Part shown: in pieces, positions 8,581 to 17,656 of the stretch | Position numbering within the stretch: the stretch's first letter is position 1 | Layout: the number at the start of each line of letters is the position of its first letter | From: Candidatus Saccharimonadota bacterium | Lineage (GTDB): Archaea; Micrarchaeota; Micrarchaeia; Micrarchaeales; Micrarchaeaceae | Reading direction: 5' to 3' | Length of the DNA: 32,000 nucleotides | NCBI RefSeq assembly: GCF_002214165.1 | Contig: NZ_CP019964.1 | Coordinates: forward strand, 120,001 to 152,000 | Translations under genes and position numbers: made by a program | Notes under the pieces: model-generated | What the model saw: only the letters and a program-made list of their open reading frames with translations | Databases searched by the model: none | Told to the model about the DNA's origin: nothing

Positions 8581-10458
8581 ATGGTAGATAAGATGTCTGA
8601 CAACATAAAGATAATGAGTGCAAAGCTTGATGAAGCTTCGCTTCAAGTACAAAAGACGGAACCAGAGGGGTTTTCGCAGAACATAGTTTCCAATATAAAT
8701 AACGTAAGGCCAACAGTAAATGCAGGCGAGGAAGCACAGGAGATGGTTGATCCAGTCTTGGCACCTTACCACAGGAGTATGGAAGAAATAGAGAAAATGC
8801 CAGTTATAGAAAAGACAAAGACGGTTTGCCCAGAGTGCAAGCTTATAATAGATGGAATAATATACAAAGATGGAGACAACGTAATGATCAGGAAGTACTG
8901 CCCAGAGCATGGATGGACCATGGAAAAATACTGGGAGGACTATGACATGTACATGAAGATGCGCCGTTACAACTATTTTGGGAGAGGATTTGACAACCCA
9001 AATACAATAACCGATACAAAAGGGGTTAACTGCCCATTTGACTGCGGAATGTGCGAGAGGCACAAATCACACACAGGTTTGGCAAACGTTGTTGTTACAA
9101 ACAGGTGCCACTTAAGCTGCTGGTACTGCTTCTTCTACGCAAAGGAAGGAGAATCTATATACGAGCCAAGCCTTGCAGAGATAAATAAGATATTCTTGAA
9201 CTTAAGAAGCCAGAAGCCTATACCTGCAAACGCAATACAGATTACAGGTGGAGAGCCAACCATGCATCCTCATATTATAGAAATAATAGAGCTTGCGAAA
9301 AAGGCAGGATTCGATCAGATACAGCTGAACACAACTGGAATAAACATAGGCGCAAATCCGGAGCTGGCAGTAAAGATAAGGCATGCAGGAGTGAGCACAC
9401 TTTACATGAGCTATGATGGTGTGACAAAGAGGGCGAACCCAAAGAACCATTGGGAGACACCTATGGCATTGGATGCCTGCAGAAAAGCAGGAATAGGCGT
9501 AGTTCTTGTACCTACTGTGATAAGGACAATAAACGAGAAGGAGCTTGGGCTTATGATAAACTTCGCATTGAACAACTCCGATGTAGTAAGAGCAGTAAAC
9601 TTCCAGCCTGTGTCATTGGTGGGAAGAATGCCTTCAAGGCTAAGAGAGAAGCAGCGTATAACAATACCTGGCGCAATAAAGCTTATAGAAGAGCAGACCA
9701 ATGGAGTAGTGGCAAAAGAGGACTGGTTCTCAGTACCTTATATAGGTGGAATAAACAAGTTCATAGAATCGCTTACGGGAGAATATAAGTACGATATGTC
9801 AATACATTTTGCATGTGGTGCCGGAACATACATATTCCTTGACAGCGACAATAAAATAATACCAATAACACGCTTCGTGGATGCAGCTGGCCTTGTAGAG
9901 CATCTGGAAAAAGGAATAGCAGAGATGGAAGGAAAGAGCAAGACCCAGAGAAGGATAATAGCCATGAAGACTGTTCTTGGGATGAACAAGTTCATAGACA
10001 AGTCCAAGCAGCCAAAGTCAATAAACTTTGCAAAGCTTTTGATGTCTGTGATACTGAAGCACGATTTCAGCACTCTTGGAAAACTGCAGATGAAATCAAT
10101 ATTCTTGGGGATGATGCATTTCCAGGACGAATACACCTATGATATACACAGGGTAGAGAAGTGCGATATACACTATGCAATGCCTGATGGTGAAGTGCTG
10201 CCATTCTGTACATTTAATGTATTCCCTGAGGTATACAGAGATAAAATACAGAAGCAGTACAGCGTTCCATCAAAAGAATGGGAAGTATCACATCCTGGCT
10301 GGAACTATGCAAAGGACAAATACATGAGGAATATCAAGGAATTAGAGGCAAGCCCGGCTTATAGGAAGGCATATGGAGAAATGACAGACTACTTTGCACT
10401 TCCAGTAAACGGTGGCAAGCATGTTCAGGGTTTTGCAAACGAAGCCCTGAAAGAGTGA
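8581..10458 (+). CDS. tes: Radical SAM enzyme of the MJ0619 / tetraether lipid synthase (Tes, GDGT-MAS) family.
   Basis: N-terminal rubredoxin/Zn-ribbon-like CPEC...CPEHG (8827-8909). Auxiliary cluster motif CPFDCGMCERHKSHT. Radical SAM CHLSCWYC (9106-9129). Also ITGGEPT, NFQPVSLVGR and RITIPGAIKLIEEQTNG, which match my recollection of this family. There is an N-terminal extension of about 75 aa relative to MJ0619, so an internal start is possible. Confidence 0.65.
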   Translation: MVDKMSDNIKIMSAKLDEASLQVQKTEPEGFSQNIVSNINNVRPTVNAGEEAQEMVDPVLAPYHRSMEEIEKMPVIEKTKTVCPECKLIIDGIIYKDGDNVMIRKYCPEHGWTMEKYWEDYDMYMKMRRYNYFGRGFDNPNTITDTKGVNCPFDCGMCERHKSHTGLANVVVTNRCHLSCWYCFFYAKEGESIYEPSLAEINKIFLNLRSQKPIPANAIQITGGEPTMHPHIIEIIELAKKAGFDQIQLNTTGINIGANPELAVKIRHAGVSTLYMSYDGVTKRANPKNHWETPMALDACRKAGIGVVLVPTVIRTINEKELGLMINFALNNSDVVRAVNFQPVSLVGRMPSRLREKQRITIPGAIKLIEEQTNGVVAKEDWFSVPYIGGINKFIESLTGEYKYDMSIHFACGAGTYIFLDSDNKIIPITRFVDAAGLVEHLEKGIAEMEGKSKTQRRIIAMKTVLGMNKFIDKSKQPKSINFAKLLMSVILKHDFSTLGKLQMKSIFLGMMHFQDEYTYDIHRVEKCDIHYAMPDGEVLPFCTFNVFPEVYRDKIQKQYSVPSKEWEVSHPGWNYAKDKYMRNIKELEASPAYRKAYGEMTDYFALPVNGGKHVQGFANEALKE

Positions 10459-10463
10459 GGTGA
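10457..10463 (+). promoter_or_regulatory. Shine-Dalgarno sequence GAGGTGA for the downstream 206-aa gene, overlapping the tes-like stop codon.
   Basis: In tGAGGTGActtgaaATG, the TGA stop at 10456-10458 is embedded in the SD. The SD lies 6 nt from ATG 10470 and matches the canonical archaeal/bacterial anti-SD complement GGAGGTGA. Confidence 0.6.
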
Positions 10464-10469
10464 CTTGAA

Positions 10470-11090
10470 ATGGACAGGCATTCCAAAATTGTTTTGACAA
10501 ACGAGTATCAGGAGGACCTTAAGAAAAATAAGGATGTTACACAAGGAGACCTTGACAAGCAGTATATTATCGAGGAAGGGAACAAGTTCCGTGTGCCCTA
10601 CAGGATGGTTAGGATGGTAACATTCAAAAATGTCGTAAAAGAAGGCGAATTCAGGGACCAGCCACATGCGGCAAGGCTTCAATACAGGCTGATGGAGAAG
10701 GATTCAATATTGAAGGCCCGTGTAAATTTCATAAAGAACACTATAACAATAATGTACAACCCAAAAAATGCCGACAACCTGAAGGATAAGATAAGCCTAG
10801 AAGAAATAGTCGATTTCCTGAAAACCCAAAATGTCAATGTAAATGCAGAAAATGCGGAAGATGTAGATTTTGATTATGTAAAGGACTTCTATTCTTATGC
10901 GTTCAACCCTCCATCAATAAGAGAGCACCCTCCATATGGATATACAGTGGATGAATGGAAGGAGCTCAAGGCAACATACCAGAAAAAGCTGGAAGAGGGG
11001 AAGGAGAAGAGCTGGAACAAGTTCCTTGAATTCCAGAAGAACTACGAAGCTTTGCATCCAGAAATAAACTGGGAAGAAGAGGAGAAGTAA
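10470..11090 (+). CDS. Hypothetical cysteine-free 206-aa protein translationally coupled to the tes-like gene. It may have a central ferredoxin/HMA-like fold and has an acidic C-terminus.
   Basis: Strong SD and an 11-nt gap after tes. The central segment LMEKDSILKARVNFIKNTITIMYNPKNADNLKDKISLEEIVDFLKTQNVNV resembles an HMA-type beta-alpha-beta-beta-alpha-beta pattern but lacks the CxxC metal site. The protein ends NWEEEEK. Confidence 0.7.
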   Translation: MDRHSKIVLTNEYQEDLKKNKDVTQGDLDKQYIIEEGNKFRVPYRMVRMVTFKNVVKEGEFRDQPHAARLQYRLMEKDSILKARVNFIKNTITIMYNPKNADNLKDKISLEEIVDFLKTQNVNVNAENAEDVDFDYVKDFYSYAFNPPSIREHPPYGYTVDEWKELKATYQKKLEEGKEKSWNKFLEFQKNYEALHPEINWEEEEK

Positions 11091-11154
11091 CATTTCTCTT
11101 CTTTGTCCGTCTAATTTTATCTACTGTTTCTTAAATTAGAAATTAAGTTAGAAA

Positions 11155-12750
11155 TTAATAATCTAATTTTTTTATTCTCAATTCCAATGCAGATACCGGC
11201 TCCAGCAATGAAAAATTAAGCAATACCTCAGGATTTATCTCTCCCATAATGCCTTTTTTTATGCCGTCTATATATATATCGGCAGTCCTGCCCTCTATAA
11301 ATGCAGGGTCTTTCGATTCTTTTAGCTCAAGGTTTAAACCAAGGTAATTGCAAAATGCCTCCAAATCCGCTTTTACATCATTGAAATTTACCTTCGCCCC
11401 CTCTGCTACAATGGCAATATTCAAATACTCACTCACTTTGCCTTTCTCTACCCTATACACATTACCTATCTCAAAAAGCTTTTGGGGCATAGGCTGGTCA
11501 GCGGATGTCTTAAGGTTCATCATTAGATTAGGCAGCAGTTTAGTACGCACAATGCCAAATGTCGAAGTCTTGGAGCTAAGCAACGAAACGGATCCAGGAT
11601 CATCCTGAAGCATGTATTCAAATTCAACCTGCCTGTTGGTGAGGTAAAAGTTCAATGCCTCAGAATAACCAAGTCCTACCAAAAGCCCGGAAATATCATT
11701 CTTAAATTCTGTAAGCGTGTCTAGGCTTCCATAACCATATACCCCAGAGATTTCCTTAGGAGTAATGTTATTATATCCATAAGCTATAGCCATATCCTCT
11801 ACAATATCTATCTTACCGAATACATCCGTCCTATAAGGGGGTATAACGATTGTTGCCGAACTTGAATTGCTGCTTTTTACTAGATAACCCGATCTTGAAA
11901 TCAAATCCAGGCATCTTTCGCTTTTTTCATCTAATCCTATCCTTGAATTGAAGTCCTTAAAATGCAATGCGACCTTCCTTCCCTTTAGGTCTATTGAGAC
12001 AAAAGAACTCTTGTTCTGGGTCATATGCACTTTCACAGGATGTATTGAAGCTCCTATATCAATCAACGACGAAGCTATAATCCTTGCAGTATTCTGCACT
12101 GCAGTTTCATCGCTGCCATTAATATCTATAAGGATGTTTCGTGTCGAAGTTCCTACAGAGGTTTCATCGGAGTTTATTACCGGCACAAGCGACAGCGTCT
12201 TTGATTTGTCCTTCAATATTGGATATCTCCCTTCAATGCTTTCAAAAATGGAGGAATATCCTTCTTTGTCGCCCTCTTTTACGAATTCCGAGAACCTGGC
12301 CGCTTTCCCATACCTCAATGGGGTAAACTCCTTATCATCAGATAAATTATAAAACAGAGGGAATACAATTTTGTCCAGGTTGTGAATGCCTAATGCTACC
12401 TTTTTGCGTTTTCTCCCATAAGTATCGGTAAGTTTCTCCGTAAAATTTATCAAGTACTCAAGGCCATTTCCAGACAGGTCCACATTTTTAGCAGCAAATG
12501 CAATGCCATAGGGGCGAAGGGATCTGAATTCCGGGCTAATGTAAAGGTCACCCTCAAAATCACCTATAGCCGAATCATAAGACCTTGGTTTTACAGTTCC
12601 TAAATGTAATCTTACCTCCCTCATAAAGTTATTGAAATAAAGCAGTTCTGGCCTATTTGGGGTAATATCAACAACTGTGCTGGTATCGTTTGAATCCTCC
12701 AAGCTCATTCCAAGCTCGGATATCTGTGATTTGAAAACATCCAGGTCCAT
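11155..12750 (-). CDS. pheT: Phenylalanine--tRNA ligase beta subunit (archaeal type).
   Basis: The 531-aa ORF lies directly downstream of pheS. It carries the archaeal PheT-like N-terminal ...ITPNRPELL... motif and has B3/4-B5-like length and organisation. The true start is probably upstream (see finding at 12748-12813). Confidence 0.85.
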   Translation of the reverse strand: MDLDVFKSQISELGMSLEDSNDTSTVVDITPNRPELLYFNNFMREVRLHLGTVKPRSYDSAIGDFEGDLYISPEFRSLRPYGIAFAAKNVDLSGNGLEYLINFTEKLTDTYGRKRKKVALGIHNLDKIVFPLFYNLSDDKEFTPLRYGKAARFSEFVKEGDKEGYSSIFESIEGRYPILKDKSKTLSLVPVINSDETSVGTSTRNILIDINGSDETAVQNTARIIASSLIDIGASIHPVKVHMTQNKSSFVSIDLKGRKVALHFKDFNSRIGLDEKSERCLDLISRSGYLVKSSNSSSATIVIPPYRTDVFGKIDIVEDMAIAYGYNNITPKEISGVYGYGSLDTLTEFKNDISGLLVGLGYSEALNFYLTNRQVEFEYMLQDDPGSVSLLSSKTSTFGIVRTKLLPNLMMNLKTSADQPMPQKLFEIGNVYRVEKGKVSEYLNIAIVAEGAKVNFNDVKADLEAFCNYLGLNLELKESKDPAFIEGRTADIYIDGIKKGIMGEINPEVLLNFSLLEPVSALELRIKKLDY

Positions 12751-12802
12751 GAACTTTTCTACATCCTTATTGTAAAACGTGACTGTAGCTATTGAATCAC
12801 CA

Positions 12803-14263
12803 TTAAAACTCTATCTTTTTCCTTGTCCTAAGCCAGCCTATATTATTTTTATAGATATCCGATAGGCTATTGAGCTTTGCCCTTGAAAGCATCATGCGGT
12901 CCAGGCCAAGCCCCCATGCCAATACTGTTGCACCTTTAAGCCCTAATGCTTCAGTTATGTCATTTCTTATAACTCCAGCTCCCCCCATCTCAATCCAATC
13001 ATTATGCTCATTATCGAAATGATGTACCTCAAAGCTTGGTTCAGTAAAGGGGAAATAAGAAGGCTGTACGCGTATCTCAAGGCCGAGCGATTGGAAAAAT
13101 TCCTTCAGTATCCATATGAGGTTTGCCATGCTCAAATCCTTGCCTATTACAACACCATCAAATTGATACATCTCTGCAAGGTGCTTGTAGTCCACGCTCT
13201 CATTCCTGAAGGCCTTGTCTATAGTGAATAGCTTTACAGGAGTGGTAAAATCGACATTCCTGTAATTGTACATACTATGTGCAGATACCGCCGTTGTATG
13301 CGTCCTAAGGACTGCCTGCTTCGCATTGTTGATATCCCATTTCCCTTTCCAGTTGCTAAGGTGCATGTTCTTTACTTTGTTTATCAGTTCCTCGTCATCT
13401 ATATCTATCTTTTCTGGCGAAGACAGAAAGAACGTGTCCTGCATATCCCTTGTGGGGTGATCTTGAGGCGAGAAGAGCGAGTCAAACACCCAAAACGCTG
13501 GCTGTATTATGCTACCAGAGGTTTCCTTGAATCCAAGTGAAACCATCTTATATCGTATATAATTTATAAACTCATTCATAGGATGCCTTAAAGCAGGATA
13601 TGAAGGTGCAACTTCTGCATCAACGGAATAAGGCTCAAAGCCTTTCCCTTCCCATCCTCTATGCACCATAAGATTCCTGCTCAATGAGCCTATCCGGTCT
13701 TCCTCTTTTTCTGTAGATAAAAGTTTATTTCCCTCATCAGTTATCTTAATATTTCCTATGTATGCTTTCTCCTTCTTTTCAATTAGCTTTCTTGATATCA
13801 AAATCTTTGCTCTTTCATCATCAATACTCGAAAACTTTCCATCATTGATAAAGTTAAGCGCTTCTTTTAGGGGATAATTAAATTCATTTCCAAGAGAGTT
13901 CTTACCTGCATCCGTAAGAGTCAATACACCATCATTTATATCTATCCACCCATTCTTTTTTGCCCATATGAAACCTATTCTCATGTCGCCCGGCACATTC
14001 TTAATCTCTAGCGATCCTTTTGAATTTATATATTTGGCAAGAGTCTCTTCTGGAAATTCTGAAAGATAAGATCTCCCTTCATCAGTCAAGGTATAAGTTA
14101 CTTTAACCTCATCATCCCCTGTTATGGCCTTTCTGAGCTTTAAGTCCTCTATAGCCCACCGCAAAGAATCTTCATTAATCCCAATCCCGTTTAAAATTTC
14201 ATCGAATTCTGCCTTTTCATGTGCAGCTATAAAGTATAAAACTCTGTATTCATAGCCTATCAA
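12803..14263 (-). CDS. pheS: Phenylalanine--tRNA ligase alpha subunit (archaeal type, N-terminal wHTH repeats).
   Basis: The 486-aa ORF carries class II aaRS motifs: HPTRDMQDTFF (motif 1/2 region), FRNESVDYKHLAEMYQFDG, GAGVIRNDITEALG and WGLGLDRM (motif 3). The apparent start is TTG at 14263, with no upstream in-frame ATG. Confidence 0.9.
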   Translation of the reverse strand: MIGYEYRVLYFIAAHEKAEFDEILNGIGINEDSLRWAIEDLKLRKAITGDDEVKVTYTLTDEGRSYLSEFPEETLAKYINSKGSLEIKNVPGDMRIGFIWAKKNGWIDINDGVLTLTDAGKNSLGNEFNYPLKEALNFINDGKFSSIDDERAKILISRKLIEKKEKAYIGNIKITDEGNKLLSTEKEEDRIGSLSRNLMVHRGWEGKGFEPYSVDAEVAPSYPALRHPMNEFINYIRYKMVSLGFKETSGSIIQPAFWVFDSLFSPQDHPTRDMQDTFFLSSPEKIDIDDEELINKVKNMHLSNWKGKWDINNAKQAVLRTHTTAVSAHSMYNYRNVDFTTPVKLFTIDKAFRNESVDYKHLAEMYQFDGVVIGKDLSMANLIWILKEFFQSLGLEIRVQPSYFPFTEPSFEVHHFDNEHNDWIEMGGAGVIRNDITEALGLKGATVLAWGLGLDRMMLSRAKLNSLSDIYKNNIGWLRTRKKIEF

Positions 14264-14268
14264 TTCAA

Positions 14269-15045
14269 TTACCTCAATTTTCTAAGGGCTAATAGGACAC
14301 CCAAAACCACCACAACTATAATGACGATAGCTAAATATATAGGTAGTGATTTAGAGTTGTAAGTATTGTAAAGGAACTCATTGATCTCAAACCCTAAGCT
14401 TGTATCAAGATCGTATTGGAAAGTAAATTTGGACAGTGGTTCCTGGTCGTACCATGAAAATTCTGTCACGTTTTTGTAATTGTCCGAGAATCCTGTGGAA
14501 GGTGAATCTGGCAGAGGGTAAATGGAGACTATTTTAGCCCCGCTTGGCGGAATTATTGTAAGTGTAGTATTTGGGTATAAATATTCTCCACTAAGAGAAT
14601 GCCCAAAATTAAATACAGAATCATTAAACGTATAACGTATAACTCTAGGGGCTACCCTATCACTTAATTGTACTCCTTTAACATAATATGTCATATAAAG
14701 ATTTGCATATCCTCCACCATAATCTGTAGGTACAAGAGGCCCAGGAAGGAACTTAAATCCATATACCCCAGAATGCGAATTCAATATGTGCTGCGTAAGT
14801 TCTGGCCCAATTAAGCCCTGCCATGTGCTTAAGCTAAGGTTTAACGCGTCCCTGTCTGTTTCATATTGTTTTACGGAATAATTGCTTACATAAACTGTAA
14901 GCACCTCATTCACTTGTGCAGTATTCGATGTATTAAGAATTACTGTGGTATTAAGATGTACTACGGAGTAGCCTGCATTTGCATTTCCCGCAAGGAGGAG
15001 TGCAAATATAACCGCAGCTATAAATATAGTTAAATGCTTATACAT
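14269..15045 (-). CDS. Secreted, C-terminally membrane-anchored hypothetical glycoprotein (258 aa).
   Basis: Sec-type signal peptide MYKHLTIFIAAVIFALLLAGNANA. C-terminal TM plus basic tail LPIYLAIVIIVVVVLGVLLALRKLR. Several N-x-S/T sequons. The stop lies 5 nt upstream of the pheS start. Confidence 0.75.
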   Translation of the reverse strand: MYKHLTIFIAAVIFALLLAGNANAGYSVVHLNTTVILNTSNTAQVNEVLTVYVSNYSVKQYETDRDALNLSLSTWQGLIGPELTQHILNSHSGVYGFKFLPGPLVPTDYGGGYANLYMTYYVKGVQLSDRVAPRVIRYTFNDSVFNFGHSLSGEYLYPNTTLTIIPPSGAKIVSIYPLPDSPSTGFSDNYKNVTEFSWYDQEPLSKFTFQYDLDTSLGFEINEFLYNTYNSKSLPIYLAIVIIVVVVLGVLLALRKLR

Positions 15046-15226
15046 CTAAATCATTCCAATATTAACTTGAAGGGTTGAATTATAAATACTTTACTTGTGT
15101 AAATTTGATTATTGATTTAAAGTATAACAATTAACTTAATTAAAATATTCAATTGCAATGTTTAATCTGGGTTTTTAAACAAAAAATTTAAAAAATTCCA
15201 CAAATAATTTGTAGCAAGATGATAAT

Positions 15227-17656
15227 GTGTATGACCCTGAATCAGAAAAAAAATGGAATACTTATTGGAAAGAGAACGAAATGTTCTTATTTGACGAAAC
15301 AGATCGCAAAAAGCCTATTTTCATAATCGATACACCTCCACCAAATACCACCGGAGAATTGCATATGGGTCAAGTTTACTGGATATCCTATATTGATTCA
15401 ATTGCAAGGTATAAGAGATTTAAAGGGTACAACGTGCTTTACCCACAGGGTTGGGATACACAAGGTTTTCCTGTAGAACTACAGGTAGAGAAGGATCACA
15501 AAGGTCTTTCAAAAGAAGAGTTTTACAACAAATGTGTAGAGTACGCAACCAAAAATTTGAACAAAATGAAGGAGCAGATGCTTGAGATGGGCGCATCATT
15601 TGATGACAGATATGAATATGTAACTATGTCTGATGATTACCACAGGAAAATACAACTCTCATTAATTGAGATGCAGGAGAAGGGCCTTATATATCTCGCG
15701 GACCACCCAGTGGAATGGTGCCCTCACTGCAAGTCATCAATATCAAGGGAAGAAAGCGATGATGTGGAGAAAAACACAACACTTAATTACATAGAATTTA
15801 AATTTGATTCAAAAGAGGAAAAATCTATAATAATAGCGACAACAAGGCCTGAACTTCTGCATGCATGTGTAGCGATTATGGTAAACCCATCGGACGAACG
15901 CTATAATAAGTTAATAGGAAAGGAGGCCATCGTCCCAATATTCGGGCAAAAAGTAAAAGTGTTTTCGGATGAATCCATAGACAAGGATTTTGGTACTGGA
16001 GCAGAAATGGTCTGCACATTTGGAGACAAGCATGATGCCGAACTTTATTATAAATACAATCTAAGGCTGATAAAATCTATAGATGACGATGGAAGGCTTA
16101 TCAATGCAGGGAAATATGAAGGATTGTCAATAAAGGAGGCTAGGTCAGCCATAATCGATGAGCTGAGGACCTTGAATCTGCTCAGCAAGCAGGATAACCT
16201 GAAGCATAGCGTAAAAATACATGACAGATGTTCAAGCGAAATTGAAATAATCTCATCTCTGCAGTGGTTTGTTAAGACAAAGGAATTTTCAGGTAAGCTA
16301 AAGGAATATGCAAAGCAAATAAAATGGACACCCGCAAACACAATCCAAAAGCTTTTTGACTGGGCGGATTATATAGAGTGGGATTGGAACATATCAAGAA
16401 ACCGTGTATTCGGCACCCCAATTCCATTCTGGTACTGTTCAGATTGCCATTATATATTGGCTGCAGATAAAGAAAAGCTCCCTATAAACACCAGTTCAAT
16501 AAAGCCGCCTATTGACGCATGCCCAAAGTGTGGTTCGCACAACTTGGTAGGGGAAGAAAAGGTATGTGATGTTTGGGTAGACTCGTCCATAACCCCTATG
16601 ATAATAGCAGGATGGCCTGACAACAAAGAGCTTTTCAAAAGAGCTTTTCCAGTAAGTGTAAGAATACAGGGAGTTGATATAATAAGGACATGGGCGTTCT
16701 ACACTACCCTAAGGACAATGCTTTTGACCGATAACAAGCCATTTGAGAATCTATTATTGAACGGGATGATACTAGGAAAAGACGGAAGGGAGATGCACAA
16801 GAGTTTTGGAAACGGCGTGAACCCAAGAGATGCCATCAAGCAATACTCTATAGATTCTATCAGGCTATGGGTAGCAATAAGCGGTGATATAGGAAGCGAT
16901 AAAAAGTACTCTGACAGCCTGCTTAACTATTCAAAGAGCTTTATACTAAAAGTATACAACTCCGCAATGTTCATAAAGAACCTTATTGACAAGTCAATGC
17001 CTCCGGAAGAGCCTCCGCCTAAAGGGTTTGAATTGCTTGATATATGGATCATCAACAGGTTCAACGAGGTAGTTAAAGAGGCCGATAAATACTACTCCGA
17101 ATTCAACCTTTATGGGGCAGCCATGGCACTTGTAAACTTTTACTGGTATGAATTCTGTGACTACTACATAGAGGATGTAAAGTATAGAGTTTACTCGGAT
17201 GGCGAATCAATTAGTAAGAAAGCAGCGCTTTACACATTAAACTATATAATGTCGAATTCCCTGGTCATGCTCGCTCCAATAATCCCACATGCGGCGGAGG
17301 AAATAAATTCATTATTCAGCGACAGCAGCGTATTCAATAAGAAATTCCCAGAATACAAGGAGTTAGCCCCAGAGGAAACTTACACGATAAACGGATATAT
17401 ATTCAAGAGCAGCATAGTGAATATAGACTACATAAATGCGGGCAAATTCGTAAACCAGATAATAACGGATGTAAGGAAGGAGAAAGCGCAGAGGAAGCTT
17501 GCATTGAACGCTCCAGTCAAATCCATAAAACTGGAAGTTCCGGAAACCTACTATGAGATAGCAAAGGTATCGGAAAAAGACCTCAAGGGAATACTAAACG
17601 CGGATAAGATAACTTTAACAAAATCCAATGAATATTCACTGTCATTGGATTTATAA
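15227..17656 (+). CDS. valS: Valine--tRNA ligase.
   Basis: 809 aa. HIGH-type motif PPPNTTGELHMGQ. CP1 editing-domain signature TTRPELLHACVAIMVNPSDERY. KMSKS variant EMHKSFGNG. GTG start at 15227; the nearby ATGs are out of frame. Confidence 0.85.
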   Translation: MYDPESEKKWNTYWKENEMFLFDETDRKKPIFIIDTPPPNTTGELHMGQVYWISYIDSIARYKRFKGYNVLYPQGWDTQGFPVELQVEKDHKGLSKEEFYNKCVEYATKNLNKMKEQMLEMGASFDDRYEYVTMSDDYHRKIQLSLIEMQEKGLIYLADHPVEWCPHCKSSISREESDDVEKNTTLNYIEFKFDSKEEKSIIIATTRPELLHACVAIMVNPSDERYNKLIGKEAIVPIFGQKVKVFSDESIDKDFGTGAEMVCTFGDKHDAELYYKYNLRLIKSIDDDGRLINAGKYEGLSIKEARSAIIDELRTLNLLSKQDNLKHSVKIHDRCSSEIEIISSLQWFVKTKEFSGKLKEYAKQIKWTPANTIQKLFDWADYIEWDWNISRNRVFGTPIPFWYCSDCHYILAADKEKLPINTSSIKPPIDACPKCGSHNLVGEEKVCDVWVDSSITPMIIAGWPDNKELFKRAFPVSVRIQGVDIIRTWAFYTTLRTMLLTDNKPFENLLLNGMILGKDGREMHKSFGNGVNPRDAIKQYSIDSIRLWVAISGDIGSDKKYSDSLLNYSKSFILKVYNSAMFIKNLIDKSMPPEEPPPKGFELLDIWIINRFNEVVKEADKYYSEFNLYGAAMALVNFYWYEFCDYYIEDVKYRVYSDGESISKKAALYTLNYIMSNSLVMLAPIIPHAAEEINSLFSDSSVFNKKFPEYKELAPEETYTINGYIFKSSIVNIDYINAGKFVNQIITDVRKEKAQRKLALNAPVKSIKLEVPETYYEIAKVSEKDLKGILNADKITLTKSNEYSLSLDL

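Noticed and set aside
8546-10682. Minus-strand and off-frame ORFs overlapping the tes-like gene (8578-9063, 9202-9460, 9411-9701, 9450-9788, 9738-10136, 10425-10682).
   Set aside because: They overlap a CDS with multiple conserved radical SAM family motifs. Their translations are Cys/Leu/Phe-rich in a way typical of antisense reading of AT-rich coding sequence.
11136-11158. 12-nt tandem duplication TTAGAAATTAAG/TTAGAAATTAAT at the pheT stop in the convergent spacer.
   Set aside because: There are only two copies of an AT-rich 11-12-mer in an AT-rich terminator-like spacer. This is most simply low-complexity slippage, with no evidence of function.
11348-13540. Plus-strand ORFs antisense to pheT and pheS (11348-11608, 11948-12352, 12141-12326, 13004-13231, 13266-13540).
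   Set aside because: They are antisense to two aminoacyl-tRNA synthetase subunits with clear class II motifs and show no independent signals.
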